A DNA stretch of 64,000 nucleotides from Mytilus californianus (Eukaryota), in NCBI RefSeq assembly GCF_021869535.1, contig NW_026262734.1:33604001-33668000 (forward strand). Reading direction: 5' to 3'. Numbering within the stretch: position 1 is the first letter of the stretch; each line of letters starts with the position of its first letter. Made by a program: the position numbers and the translations under genes. The notes under the pieces are model-generated. The model ran no database searches and was not told the origin of the DNA. It worked only from the letters and a program-made list of their open reading frames with translations. Shown here piece after piece: positions 23,924 to 36,700 of the stretch.

Positions 23924-26170
23924 CTACACCAAGTTTGTAAATGAATCAAGACTATTTTGAAACCGATGATATCTAATTCCATAACTCGGAGAAGAAAGTC
24001 CTAGCAAAGAATTTAATGTAGACCACATATCCTTTTTATAATTAGAAAAATCAATGCAAATACTAGCTCTCATAAAAGCTTTAATATACCTATAAGAAAC
24101 ATCATGATTATTTAGAAAATCATAATTTATAATAATAACATTTTTCAAAAAATCTTCTCGATAATTCACCCAGGCATATTTCCACTCACAAGAAATCCAA
24201 GCTTTTGTGCTTTCACGTGATAAATGATGTAGGTCGCTTAGAAGAACGAGAATAATTTTAGATTTCGATAGGATATCAATTACTTCTTCTTCACGTGGTC
24301 TACCAGGCTGGCAATCTCGATACGGTAGAAAAGATTTAAGTCCCCTATCGTTAAGATGCGGTAAAAGCTCATACGATATCCAATTTCGAAGTCCATCGTC
24401 GTCTTCATTGCAAGATATGTAAATATCATATTGAAAAGAGTTTCTAGAAACAGGCCTGCTAATTTTTCTCAAAAAGCGTCGCCATAGAATATAAATTTCA
24501 ACATAAAAATTATAGCCCGCAAAGGCAAAAATTACGACAAGGCTAACTATGATTCCAATACATAAGTTGAACCATTTCAGATGATAATCTTCTGTACATC
24601 CTAGCTCGCTTTTCGTGATTTGAGTTATAGATTTGTAACCGGTTTCGGTCCGACAGAATATCCATGTGTTATTATAGCAAGGCATTGTTGATGACGGTAG
24701 CCAACTCTGCAACCACAGATCTTTACATGTACAAACAATATCTAGTCTTCCTAACTGTACATTGCAAGGCCTGAAGTTTCCTATGGACCTATCAATACTT
24801 GTTAACGGATTGTGTTTTATATTGATGATCGTGGTACTTTTCAGCTGTGACACAAAAAATTCAGAAATACTATCGAAATTATTTTCTTCAAGATTGATTT
24901 CTTTTATTCGGAATGTGTAATTCTTTGCTCTTTCAAACTGGGTATCTAAATCAGAAAATAAATTCTTAGAAAAGTCTAAAACCAAATTCTCGTATTCTGG
25001 TAAAACTAACGGAAATTTTTTCGATGCTAAGTTCGAACGGCAATTGATAATAGTTTTGTTTTGACTTGGTTGATAAAAGCAACGACATTTTTGAGGACAT
25101 CTTGCAGACATTGAAATGTTGCAGATAAGTAAATCAGGTTGATTCAGAAAACCTCTTATCAGTTTATTTTTAAACTGTGAAGGGCTGTTACATTTCAAAT
25201 TGACATGACTTGCATGTAAAATTATCGCCCCAATAGTAACCTGCGAGACAAACGGATAAAATTTGCAATCGCATAACCAGTTGTTATGCCTGAAGTCGAA
25301 ACTGTAAAATACCAGTTTTCCAAATAATCTCAGGTCATTAAAACCGATTTTTTCAAAATTGAAAAAATGAGTAAAATTGTTGTATGTGAAATCAAGATAT
25401 CCCCCACGGCCGAAATTTAATTCTGGTTGAAATGAAAAGTTTGCGGGATTTGTAATTTCGTTCAGAGCATTATGAGAAAAATTTACAATGCAGAAATATT
25501 TTTGTCTTGTCCAAACTATGTTTGTGACGTCGATTTCTGTCATATTGTTATACGATATATCAAAATTAAACATACTACCCGCCATATGTAAGAAAAACTT
25601 CGGCTCCAATTTGGTGATTTGGTTGAAGGATACATCAACTCTACGGAGATGTTTCATTCCATTGAATATGTCCGCAATCAAAGATTGTATTTTGTTTCCT
25701 GCCAATAGTAATGTATCTAGTATAGACAAGCATGATATATTTCTGATATCTGTAATTTGGTTGAATGACAAGTCGATGTAAACAGTTGTATTAAAATTAC
25801 AAACTGAGAGCGGAATTGCAGTTAGATTTCCGTACGTGTAAATTAAGTAATTAAAATGAACATCATGGTCTATAGTTTTCAATTCAATATCGTGTTTAAC
25901 AAAAAAGACATTTAAATGTCCAACATTAGTAAAATTAAGTTTCCCATTCAAACTTCCGTCAACTGTCCATAATGGTTGAGCCTTACATGTACAGCATTCC
26001 AAACTGTTTTCAAATCTCATTTTGTTCAGGTAATCCTGAGCTTCGCATTCTTCAGGACAGAGTAAATCCGATCTATTGAACAATATGCCAAGTTGTTCTT
26101 CTAAAGATTCACTGGAAGAACCATTATTACACAATACCACCATCAAAAGCGCAAAACACAATTCTGACAT
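23924..26170 (-). CDS. TLR-C: intronless Toll-like receptor with canonical BB-loop proline
   Basis: 748-aa ORF with signal MSELCFALLMVVLC, LRRs, NNWLCDC...CPQKCRC, TM and TIR (YDIYISC, PYRDCQPG, WISCEW). Confidence 0.96.
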   Translation of the reverse strand: MSELCFALLMVVLCNNGSSSESLEEQLGILFNRSDLLCPEECEAQDYLNKMRFENSLECCTCKAQPLWTVDGSLNGKLNFTNVGHLNVFFVKHDIELKTIDHDVHFNYLIYTYGNLTAIPLSVCNFNTTVYIDLSFNQITDIRNISCLSILDTLLLAGNKIQSLIADIFNGMKHLRRVDVSFNQITKLEPKFFLHMAGSMFNFDISYNNMTEIDVTNIVWTRQKYFCIVNFSHNALNEITNPANFSFQPELNFGRGGYLDFTYNNFTHFFNFEKIGFNDLRLFGKLVFYSFDFRHNNWLCDCKFYPFVSQVTIGAIILHASHVNLKCNSPSQFKNKLIRGFLNQPDLLICNISMSARCPQKCRCFYQPSQNKTIINCRSNLASKKFPLVLPEYENLVLDFSKNLFSDLDTQFERAKNYTFRIKEINLEENNFDSISEFFVSQLKSTTIINIKHNPLTSIDRSIGNFRPCNVQLGRLDIVCTCKDLWLQSWLPSSTMPCYNNTWIFCRTETGYKSITQITKSELGCTEDYHLKWFNLCIGIIVSLVVIFAFAGYNFYVEIYILWRRFLRKISRPVSRNSFQYDIYISCNEDDDGLRNWISYELLPHLNDRGLKSFLPYRDCQPGRPREEEVIDILSKSKIILVLLSDLHHLSRESTKAWISCEWKYAWVNYREDFLKNVIIINYDFLNNHDVSYRYIKAFMRASICIDFSNYKKDMWSTLNSLLGLSSPSYGIRYHRFQNSLDSFTNLV

Positions 26171-27444
26171 TTCACAATAAATGAACGCTAACTAAATTTG
26201 TGATGTGAATTCTGTATGCAGTTAGTTGGCAGAAACTCAAAATTAATTCTTATTCCTTGTTTAAATCAAACACATATCTTATTGTTAACACAAAGAAACA
26301 TTTAAATGGTTCAAACAAATGTCTCTTTTTTTTTAAATGACAAGGTCTTTTCCTTTATCCAATTCGATAAGAATTGGTGATTCGGGTTTCAAGTTAGGAG
26401 CATAAATAATACACATTTTTGAATGTTTTCAAAGCATAAATGACACAGTGAAATAAAATCGATCAACTAAAGAGTTATGCTTGACCGAGTGTAACACAGA
26501 AGAAAAGAATGAATAAATTACTTTACTTTAAATCCACATTTGTACGCTCATTTGTCATATCTTCTTGTTTTATCATCGAAGTAAGATTGGAAAGGTTTAC
26601 ACACACATTACCCGTTTTCTCCGAGTCAAATTGTTTCCTCGTATACAAAAGAACTAAAATACATCATTAAACGTCTTTAAACAAAAATCACCAAGTATAA
26701 ACCACAGCAGTCATATATGTGTATTGCCTATCACTGCATTTGCTCGAAGTCAAATTGTGAGATCGATGAATAAAAGAAATTTAAACCTACCATTTAAAAC
26801 TCAAAACCTGAAGTCAAGTATGAATCAAAGCTATACATTTTTTTTTTATCAAGAATTTCTTTTGCCCGTAACTGTATTTGGACCAAATCAAATTCATGCA
26901 TCTGCTAATCATGCGATACATACACAACATTAAAAATCGGTTTAAAATTGGAAAACTTATACCAGTTATGTACCATCTCTACGAACTGTACGAATGTAAT
27001 GTATTTTATAGTGGGGAGCAGTTACGAAATGTGCAATATTGTTTTTTTTTTGTTTATCTCATTAGGAACTTTTTAATGGTCTATCTAAGCTTTTTCTATT
27101 ACCTAATACAAGGAACACTTGAAATCCTGATGTTAAACAGTCGAACACTGTCTATCAAATAAATTGACAAATAAAGGTCATTTTTGAAGTGTTCCGATTC
27201 TTACAGTTGTTCAAAATTCCGTTTTGAAAAGTTTTATTATATTCATTACAGCGTTAGGTTGATGCTACTCTAGAAATTAATTGAAACATTACCTTTTAAG
27301 TTTTAGTACGCAAAAAGGTTGCTAGTAAACCGGCGTAAAATTAACATGTACATGCGGTAGTTAGCTATATCTTGACCCTGTATAAATTGTCTTAGTTAAT
27401 AACAAGCGTGTTTCCATATTCTGATTCCTGCTATATATTATTTA

Positions 27445-30400
27445 GAACTGGGTAAGTAATTTCAAACGGGGTGTAAATAGGTGCATCAACAGAATAAGTA
27501 TATCCAAACAAAATGATATTAGGTGCATCAACATAATAAGTATCTCCAAATAGAATGAGACTAGATGTATCAACAGAATGAGTTTCTTCAAACAGAATGA
27601 GATAAGGTGCATCAAAAGAATAAGTATATTTCAACGGAATGAGACTAGGTGCATAAACATAATAAGTGTCTTCAAATAGAATGATACTATACATATAGCT
27701 AGGTACATTAACAGAATGAGTGTTCCAAACAGTATGAGACAAGATGCATCAAAAGAATGAGTGTCTCCAAACAGAATGAGACTAGGTGCATCAACATAAT
27801 AAGTATCTCTAAACACAATGAGACTTGTTGCATCAACAGAATAAGTGTCTCCAAACAGAATGAGACTAAGTGCATCAACAGAATAAATGTTTTAAACAGG
27901 ATGAGAAAAAAGTGAATCGACAGAATAAGTATCTCCAAACAGGATGAGACTTGATGCATCAAAAGAATGAGTGTTTTCGAACATAATGAAACTTGGTGCA
28001 TCAACAGAATTGGTATCCCCAAACAGAATGAGACTAGGTGAATCAACATAATAAGTATATCCAAATAGAGTGAAACTAGTTGCGTCAAAAAAATAAGTGT
28101 CTCCAAACAGAATAAGACTAGGTGCATCAACAAAATAGGTATCTCTAAACAGGGTGAAACTAGGTGCATCAACAGAATATGTATCTCCAATCGGAATGAG
28201 ACTAGATGTACCAACAGAATGAGTGTCTCCAAACAGAATGAGACTAGGTGCATCAACAGAATAAGTATCTCCAAACAGATAGAAACTATGTGCATCAACA
28301 GAACAAGTACCTCCAAACAGACAAATGAGACTATATCTATCAACAGAATAAGTAAATACAAACAGAATGAGACATGTTCATCAACAGAATGAGTATCTCC
28401 AAACAGAATGAGTATCTTCAAACAGAATGAGACTATATCCATCAACAGAATGAGTGTTTGAAAACAGAATGAGACTAGGTGCATCAACAGAACAAGTATT
28501 TCCAACCAAAATGAGACTAGATGCATCACTAGAATAAGTATCTCCAAACAGAAAGAGACTAGGTGCCTCAACACAATGAGTGTCAGATGCATCAACATAA
28601 TAGATATCTCCAATCAGAATAAGACTAGAAGCATAAACAGAATGAGTGTCTCCAAACAAAATGAGACTAGATGCATCAAGAGAGTGAGAGTCTCAAAACA
28701 GAATGTTACTAGATGCACCAGAATAAGTATCTCAAAATATGATGAGATTAAGTACATCAACAGAATGAGTCTCTCCAAACATAATTAGACAAGGAGCATC
28801 AACAGAATAAGTTTATCCAAAAAGATGAATCAACAGAATGATTGTCTTCAAAACAGAATGAGACTATGCGCATAAACAGTATAAGTATCTACAAACAGAA
28901 AGAGAATAGGTGCATCAACAGAATGAGTGTCAGATGCATCAATATGATAAACATCTTCTAACAGAATGAGACTAGATGTATCAACCGAATAAGTATCTAC
29001 AAACAGGTGGAGATTATATGCATTAAAAGAATATGAGTGTCACAAACAGAATGAGACTAGGTGCATCAACATAATGAGTGTCTCCAAAGAGATAAAGTCT
29101 AGATGCATCAGCAGAATAAGTGTCTTCAAACAGGATGAAACTATATGCATTAACAGAATGAGTGTCTTTGAACAGAATGAGACTAGGTGCATCAACAGAA
29201 TAAGTATCTCAAAGCAAAAAAGAGACTAGGTGCATTAACAGAAATAGTATCTCAAACGGAATGAAACTAGGTGCATCAACAGAAAAAAGTATCTCTAAAC
29301 AGAATAAAACAAGTTGCATCAACAGAATAAGTATCTCCAAACAGAATGAGACTAGATGCATCAACATATTTAATATATCCAAACGGAATGAAACTAGGTG
29401 CATCAACATAATAAGTATCTCCAAACAGAATGAGACTAGATGCATCAACATAACTAATATTTCCATACATAATGAGACTAGGTGCATCAACAGAATAAGT
29501 ATCTCCTAACAGAATGAGACTAGATTCATCAACATAACTAATATCTCTATACAGAATGAGACTAGGTGCATCAACAGATTAAGTATATCCAAACGGAAAC
29601 AGAAGGAGACCCGGTGCATGAACCAAGCAAGTTTCTTTAGTGATTAATGGAATGAGAGCAGGAGAATCAATATATTCAATTTCTTTATGCACCAACAGAC
29701 AAAGTGATTCCAAACAGATTGAGAGATAGTTGTGCTACGAATAGCTGCATTAACACTGTGATTATCTCAAAACCGAATGAAACGTGGTGTAACAACTGAA
29801 TAGTATTTTAAAGTAAGTGATTGGACAACAGAGTGCGAATTGGTGCAGCCACAGAGTAAGCATATTCGAACTGAGTAAGAGGAGGTGTATCAACAGAGTA
29901 AGAATCTTCGAACGGATCAGAGTTAGACTTGCTGCATCAACCAAGTAAGTTTCACATAATCGAGTTCGACTATGTGCATCAGAAGAGTAAGTATATTCAA
30001 ACGGTGTGAAAATATGTGTGTCAACGGAGTACGTTATTACTTCTGTGCTAAACAGAGTGAGACCATCGGCTTCAATCGAGTAAATTTCTCCACAAGTAGT
30101 GAGACTAAGTTCATCAACAGAGTAAGTATCTTAAAAAAAGTAAAATAACAAAAAAATCCAAGGAAAATTCAAAAGTCCCTTATCAAATGGAAAAATAAAA
30201 GCTCATACACATCAAACGACTGGAAAAAACTGTCATATTCCTGACTTAATACAGACATTTCCTTATGTAGAAAATGAACAAACAGAGAGTGAGACTAGGT
30301 GTATGCATAAAGTTAATATCATCAAACAGAGAGTGAGACTGGGTGTAACAACATAGTTATTATAGTTAGTATCTCCAAGCACAGCAAGACTAGGTGCTTA

Positions 30401-30453
30401 CCAGAGTAAGTATCTCCAAACCAAATTGGTGCATCAACAGAATAGATATCTCC
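27445..30453. repeat. About 3-kb minisatellite with a 42-bp unit (ACAGAATGAGACTAGGTGCATCA + ACAGAATAAGTATCTCCAA)
   Basis: Dozens of consecutive units, best conserved at about 27700-29600 and decayed at both ends. A family-B insertion interrupts it at 30136-30280. Confidence 0.97.
30136..30280. mobile_element. Family B fragment inserted in the minisatellite
   Basis: Matches 43045-43195 with small deletions. The array resumes at about 30281. Confidence 0.8.
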
Positions 30454-31082
30454 ATATCATCTATCCATAACCTAAAGAATTCCTGTAACTTCATTGTCTG
30501 TGGTCTGTAGATTGCTTGCTGTAAAGCATAATTTCTTCACTTTAACCAAACGACAGTTTTCAGTTATTTACCATAGTCTACCAACTTTGCAGAGCTTCAC
30601 CATTTAATGTACTGTTCAATTTGTCCTAGTCCGGAATTTGCATGAAATATTTGCATTAACACGTAATTTTACCAATCTTAATCGAACGTTAAATAAACAA
30701 CAAACAATCTTGGTCATTTGTAAAGTTTGACCAAGTATCGCCAAGTACACCAGCCTCTCAAACATTTTCCTAAAAAAAAAAATACTAACAACCATTGAAA
30801 ATTTATTTCCTAATGTTTATCGACAGACCATATGAACGCTCCAAAGTAAGTAAAAGAATAACAGCCATGTTTGTTTGGTACATATATTTATCTTTTTGAA
30901 TGACACGAGTGCTTCCAATGATGCCGCAATTGCTATAAATGTCTACCAGGCAAGCGACACATGTAAGGAATCATAAATGGTTGGGTTATACATTATTAGT
31001 TTTTTTTTTATCTAAACTTGGCTTAACACATTTATGTGAAGCATGCTCTTTCGATCAACATCTACTCATCATATTAAAATAT

Positions 31083-31410
31083 AAGGAGATACATTTAGGT
31101 GGTACGAATGAGACAACTATCAACCAGAGACCAAATGATATGGGTGCATGCAATTGTAGATCATTGTTCTGCATTCAACAATGTTCAAAACCTATATCTT
31201 ATAATAAGTTTAAAAAGGCTCCGCCATTACAAAAAGAAAAGAAACAAGAAAACAAACGGTGTGATCTATGCTATAACAATAAACGAAAACCAATTATGAA
31301 AGACATCAACCAATGCAAGTCACTGAACTACAGGCCTTTGATTTTTTGTCAGATACTTAAATAATGTAGTGCGATTAATCGTGTTTGTGAGCGTTCAATC
31401 TTTTCCCTAA
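31083..31410 (-). mobile_element. Older family-A relative
   Basis: Starts AAGGAGATAC...GAATGAGACAACTATCAACCAGAGACC, the reverse-complement terminus typical of family A. Confidence 0.55.
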
Positions 31411-31882
31411 CAAAAGAAGACAATAAAAATCAAATTATATCAAATATCAATAATACACCATAAAACAAACACATCCTGCCAACTTTAAAATGATGAATTT
31501 CATTAACGAAACATATATCAAAGCATGCCCCTCAGAATCGCTGAAGACGAAGAAAAATCCAGTCATTGATAACTAAAAATAGGAACTGGTATAATATAAC
31601 ATATAAAAGTATACCATACAGTACAGCGTTAGGGTTCATGATCTCCTTTTTGAATTAATATAAAAAAACAACATCATAATGGTACATTGTGATTTTATGC
31701 TATTGATGAATGATATAATTGATCTAATGATACTATATACTGAATAAAAGAGATATTAGATCATGTATTAAAATATGAAAAGAAAATTGCAATAATGCAT
31801 GAAATGTTTAAATTTTCTTTTATCGAAACGTTTTTTTAGGTATATGCATAGAACAGTTATTCCTCTGATGCAAAATCGGGCG

Positions 31883-33780
31883 TTATTTCAACAGCGCAAC
31901 GATATCTTCCTCAATGTTTTTGTTGACATTAGAGAAATTTATGTCTTTCCTCAAAGTGAAAATCCTCTTAGGAATGTTTGACAACATCATCATATGTAAG
32001 CAAATCGTAATTTATGATGATTAGTTCTCGACTAAAGTCCCACTTGTAATAATTCCATGCATAATTCCATTCACTTTTATTCCATTGTTGATTTCCTTTG
32101 GAATCGTCACTAAGAAGTATTATCAAATTTCGACTTTTGGAAATGACGTCAATCGTCTCTTGTTCCCGAGGTTTGCCGATTGTACTGTTCCTGAAAAATA
32201 GAAACGCATCGAAACCCCTTTTCTCCAGACAAGGAACTAAAGACGTTAACAACCATTTACGAATTAGTTCATCATCTTCATTGGAAGAAATATATATGTC
32301 GTGTATTACCGTGGATGGCGATAACGGATTCCTGAAGAAGTTTATTCAATTCTAGTTAATATAAATAACTCAAACCTAAGCTTGTATACAATCATTGCAC
32401 ATGTAATAACTGCAAAAAATGCAGCGCATATCGAACTGTTTACCAATGAAGTATTTATAACTGAGGCTGAACATCCAATATTTTCTTTTTCTATTTCAGT
32501 AATAGGAGGTAATAGTCCATTATTATTACATAAAACCTGTATGCTGTTCGCACAGTTTTAATATTGTAACGGTAACCATATTTTCAACCAAACATCTTTG
32601 CACGTACATTTCATAATAATTTGTCCCGATGAAATCTGACATTGCTTCAACATCTGTTAAGAACGTGGAATCCTTTTAATAGCATTGCCTCTCATATCTA
32701 CTAGTTGTAGTTTTCTAAACCTATAAAGAGCTAAATTTTAAAGTATTTCAATGTTGTTGTTTGAAAGATCAAGTTTTTGTATCCGTTCAAAATTATCTAA
32801 CTTAATCCGTTCAATTATTTTCAAATTTTTTAAACTATTATTTGAAAAATCAATTTCCAAATGTATATACGAAGTAAGAACTGAATAAAATCTTGTTAGT
32901 CTTTTCTCATTAGCAGGTTGATAAAAACAGTGGGATTTGGTGGACACCTTTCAGCTAAAGACAGGTGACATATTAATTGATCAAGCTCAGACGCAGCTAT
33001 GACGTCAAAAATTGTTTATTTTTTAGTTGGCGTGGCGAATCACAAAAAAAGTTTAACTGATGAAACAATGCAACAAAAATTTCAAGCGATTTGCAAACGG
33101 GTATACCTTAAGTTGCAAATCCAAGGATTTCTCCTTGCAAATATCGCCCAATAAATCAGTTTTCCTCCATGTTTAAGGTTAAGACCATTTTAATTAAACA
33201 TTGAAAAGTGTGTTAAGTTATTAAACGATGCATCCGGCACTCCGTGAATAGAAAACACGGAATTGTCTTGACTTTTTCCAATTCAAGTATGTTGTTAAAA
33301 TAATTTATGGAATTATGTGAACAATTTGCTTTACAAACTATGAGTTGTGTCCATAATATGTTTGTAATATCAAGGCTAGTAAGATAGTTGTGAGACACAT
33401 CAAATTTAAACAAACTTCCATTCACGTTAATTAAAAATCCAGGTTCGATATATTTCAGTCGGTTATGAGACAAGTCAATTACACGAATAAATTTCAAGTG
33501 AAGAAATGGTGTATTACTTAGGTATTCCACCAGGTTATGATTAAGTGTATCTAAGAATGTAATGCATGATACAAGATCAATGTCTGTAATTTTGTTGAAT
33601 GATTAATCTATTAGAACAATTTTCGGAAACTCACAAATATTACTCGGAAAACTACGTAAATCATTATCAAAGGTGTATATATGATAGTATGAACGATAAA
33701 CCGTCGAACTTTCTATCAGTATGCTGTTGTTACTAGTATCCATCTCAACAAATAACTATGTCATCTAGTTTCTCTATTTG
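31883..33780 (-). pseudogene. psiTLR-B1: near full-length pseudogene of TLR-B
   Basis: Aligns with TLR-B from DLRSFPSNICEFP to the homologous stop at 31883, and the 3' flank also aligns. Lesions include a TAA in LRR1, a deletion in the LRRNT, frameshifts at about 32950-33240 and a 1-nt deletion near 31965. The 5' end is not resolved. Confidence 0.92.
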
Positions 33781-36700
33781 AGTATATCTATTACTCCTTC
33801 ATCATGTACTTTCATCCGGAACTTAATAAGCAGACACTAGATGAAAGAGGAAGATATATATTAAATAGTTAGAATGTTCCTCCCCATCGTATCTTGATAA
33901 ATGAAAATTGAGAACATTTCCAGGAACCATTTTTAATATAATGATGGACAACTCTTTTTTTTTTTTATTACATACGAAAAGCGGTAAGGCTTTTTTACAA
34001 CATTTAATGTTGTGTGTAGTATTAATCATATGCTCGAGGTTATGATGACATAGTCCAAGATAAAGGGTTGTAATTATGGCTAAATCATTAGCACATATGT
34101 ATCAAATTTTAACTGAGCACCTCAAATTACACCCGGTTTTGTAGTCTGTTGTTTGCCTATTCGTCGTTTTAAGTTTTTATGCTGTTGTGTCGGTCCCTAT
34201 CCGAATAATGAGTTAAGTATGTTCTATCTCTTTTTAAGTCAAAACTTAGTTGAAAAGAAAATGAGAAAGATCGAATGAAATCATTTCTTAACAAGTTCTA
34301 CGATTTTTGATATATATGTTTATAGATTTGACATTACTACATGTATGTCGCATTTTCTCAGCTCATCGACATTGCCATAGACAAATCATGTCAGCTGTTA
34401 ATAATTTCGACAATGCAACCTGTTTTGTCATGTTTTAGGCCTTGACACTTATAACTTGAGGTAACTTTTCGAAAAAAAAATACGTTTTGAATGTTCGATG
34501 TAAAAACACAAAATTGAATATTCGAAACTTATCCGAAAATAACACAACTTTTAAGCGGGAGAGGCTATATTAGGTACAAAAAAGAACTGTCAAATATTAT
34601 TAAAATTGTTTAAAATTTTAATATAACTTGCACCGTATACTTAATGCAAAACCGTTGTGCAACTTTTCAAGTCGTCTCTAATACGTTATACAATGTCTGT
34701 TATAAATTGGAACTTAATAGGGATATGTACCGAGATTCTTTTTGTGATTTCCGTATCCTGTAAATTATTTACTTATCATTAATAAATAATCTTCAAGATA
34801 TGAAAGTTATTATCTTATTTTCCGGGAGAGTAAATATATGTTTGTATTAATTGCACCTTGATTTACACAGTATTCATTGATTGACTGCTAAATGCTACAC
34901 ATGGAATTACAGAAGTGAAATGGTCCGGAAGACAGAACCTAAATTTTGATGTGAACATACGTAGAAAGTCTTATGCAATTTGGTGATTCTAATGGTTGTC
35001 AGTACACACAGAAGATATGTTCAATTTGCTCTGGTACGAAGACTTATTTTTGTCTTCTGCAGTGTTTTTTTTTGCTTGTTATTTGGGCGTGTTGAACAGA
35101 CCTAGAGGCTTATCACCACGTGGAGGTCTATTTATTTTTCAAAGTCTGTTTTCGTGTGAAAAAAGTTTATATTTTGCGTTAAGTTATCTGTTTCAGGGTT
35201 ATTCCAACCAGTTTCATACTCAGTTGCAAAGAGAAAGCATTCTATGGTCAGACATCAATTGTCTCATTTTTTGACACAGATCTTCTTAAATACCAGGTTT
35301 GAAGGTTAACATATTGTATTTTAAAACTTGTTAATTGGCAAAAATTTTCTTTTGTAAATACGGAAATCATTGCTTTATTAACAGGAAGTCGGTTAACGCA
35401 TTGGTGGAAGTTGATGTATGAGTTACTCGAAGTTCATGTCAATTGTTCCGTTTGTTTTATGAACTGAAAGATATAGGTACAAACTGCCGGAAGTATATTG
35501 GTTCAATCCTGTTTGTTTTTATGGCCCAAAATATGTTGGTAATGCAACCAAAAGTGCCGAGTCAGTTTAATGCTTTGAAATAGATTAGATATGACATGAG
35601 CGAGAAATATTATTGAAATAAATGGCGAGATAATCAAAATTAAAATAATAAGAGAAATCACAAAAGTTTGATTTAAACATGATCAAAGAGTTTGAAGTTC
35701 AAATTACCGTATCGTCCTAGATCTTGACCTATATTTAAAGAATGTAATGTAGTGATTTTGATACATCTAAAGTTGATCTGTTTATGTTTTACTAACTAAC
35801 TTGTGATTGTTTATATTATGTTTCAATTTTAGTTTTTTATTGGCAATCATAGTTTCATTTGGGTTTGCATTTATTTGTATTCAATATCGTGTTGCAATAG
35901 TGATCAATTTTGTTTGAATTTGTTCGGTTTATTTACTTCGTGTAAAATACTATGATACTGGTGTGTTTGTTTCTATGGAAGTTTTTATGAAACAATATGA
36001 CAATCTTACGTGTGATTCTTTACTTGCTACAAAGTGAAATAGTAATATTTTTACTAAAACTTTATGTCCCTCTGCAGAAGGTTTTACAATCTAAAATATA
36101 GAGCATGTTCATTTTCCATCGAACTATTTTTAAATTAACGTAACTGATTGTATGTTCTTAGTGACATTTCTGCTTTGTTTTAGAAATATACTCCTAACCA
36201 ATTTGTCAGAGGTGAGGCATAAAAGAGTTTTTTCTGTTTACTTTGGAATATACATACAGTGTTTTTTTTTTAATTTCAAGTGACACAATTGAGCGCATGC
36301 GCCTGCTCTGACGGATGAACCAACATAAACATGGTTTAGAAACTAGCCCGATGATTAAGTGATTATCGGGTTCCATGGGATTTTTTTTGAGACACTTTAT
36401 AACATCATCTTGTTATAATTACTACTTGTATTTTAATACCAACCCGTACACTTTAATGTAACTATCTTTTACAAAAACTACCTAACCCTTTTATTTTCTC
36501 ATCTAAAGTAGTGGCCGCTGCTGTTTTTTATTTTAATTATGATATTGGTTTCGTCCCTTAAACAAATATCTACATCCAAAACATGTATATAAAGTTCATA
36601 ATCAGAACCACAAGAAAAAGATAGTGACCTTTGAATATAAGTTATATGCTTCAACAGCAAAACAATAGAAAGGGATCTTAAAAGACAGATTTACTCTTAA

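Noticed and set aside
27431-29509. Long hydrophobic ORFs (e.g. 27708-28613, 301 aa) with 14-aa periodicity
   Set aside because: They lie entirely within the 42-bp minisatellite. A unit length divisible by 3 creates stop-free frames on both strands, and there is no domain, leader or unique flank.
285-30453. Regular repeats as CRISPR-like arrays
   Set aside because: The units are head-to-tail with no unique spacers, there are no cas genes, and the DNA is eukaryotic.
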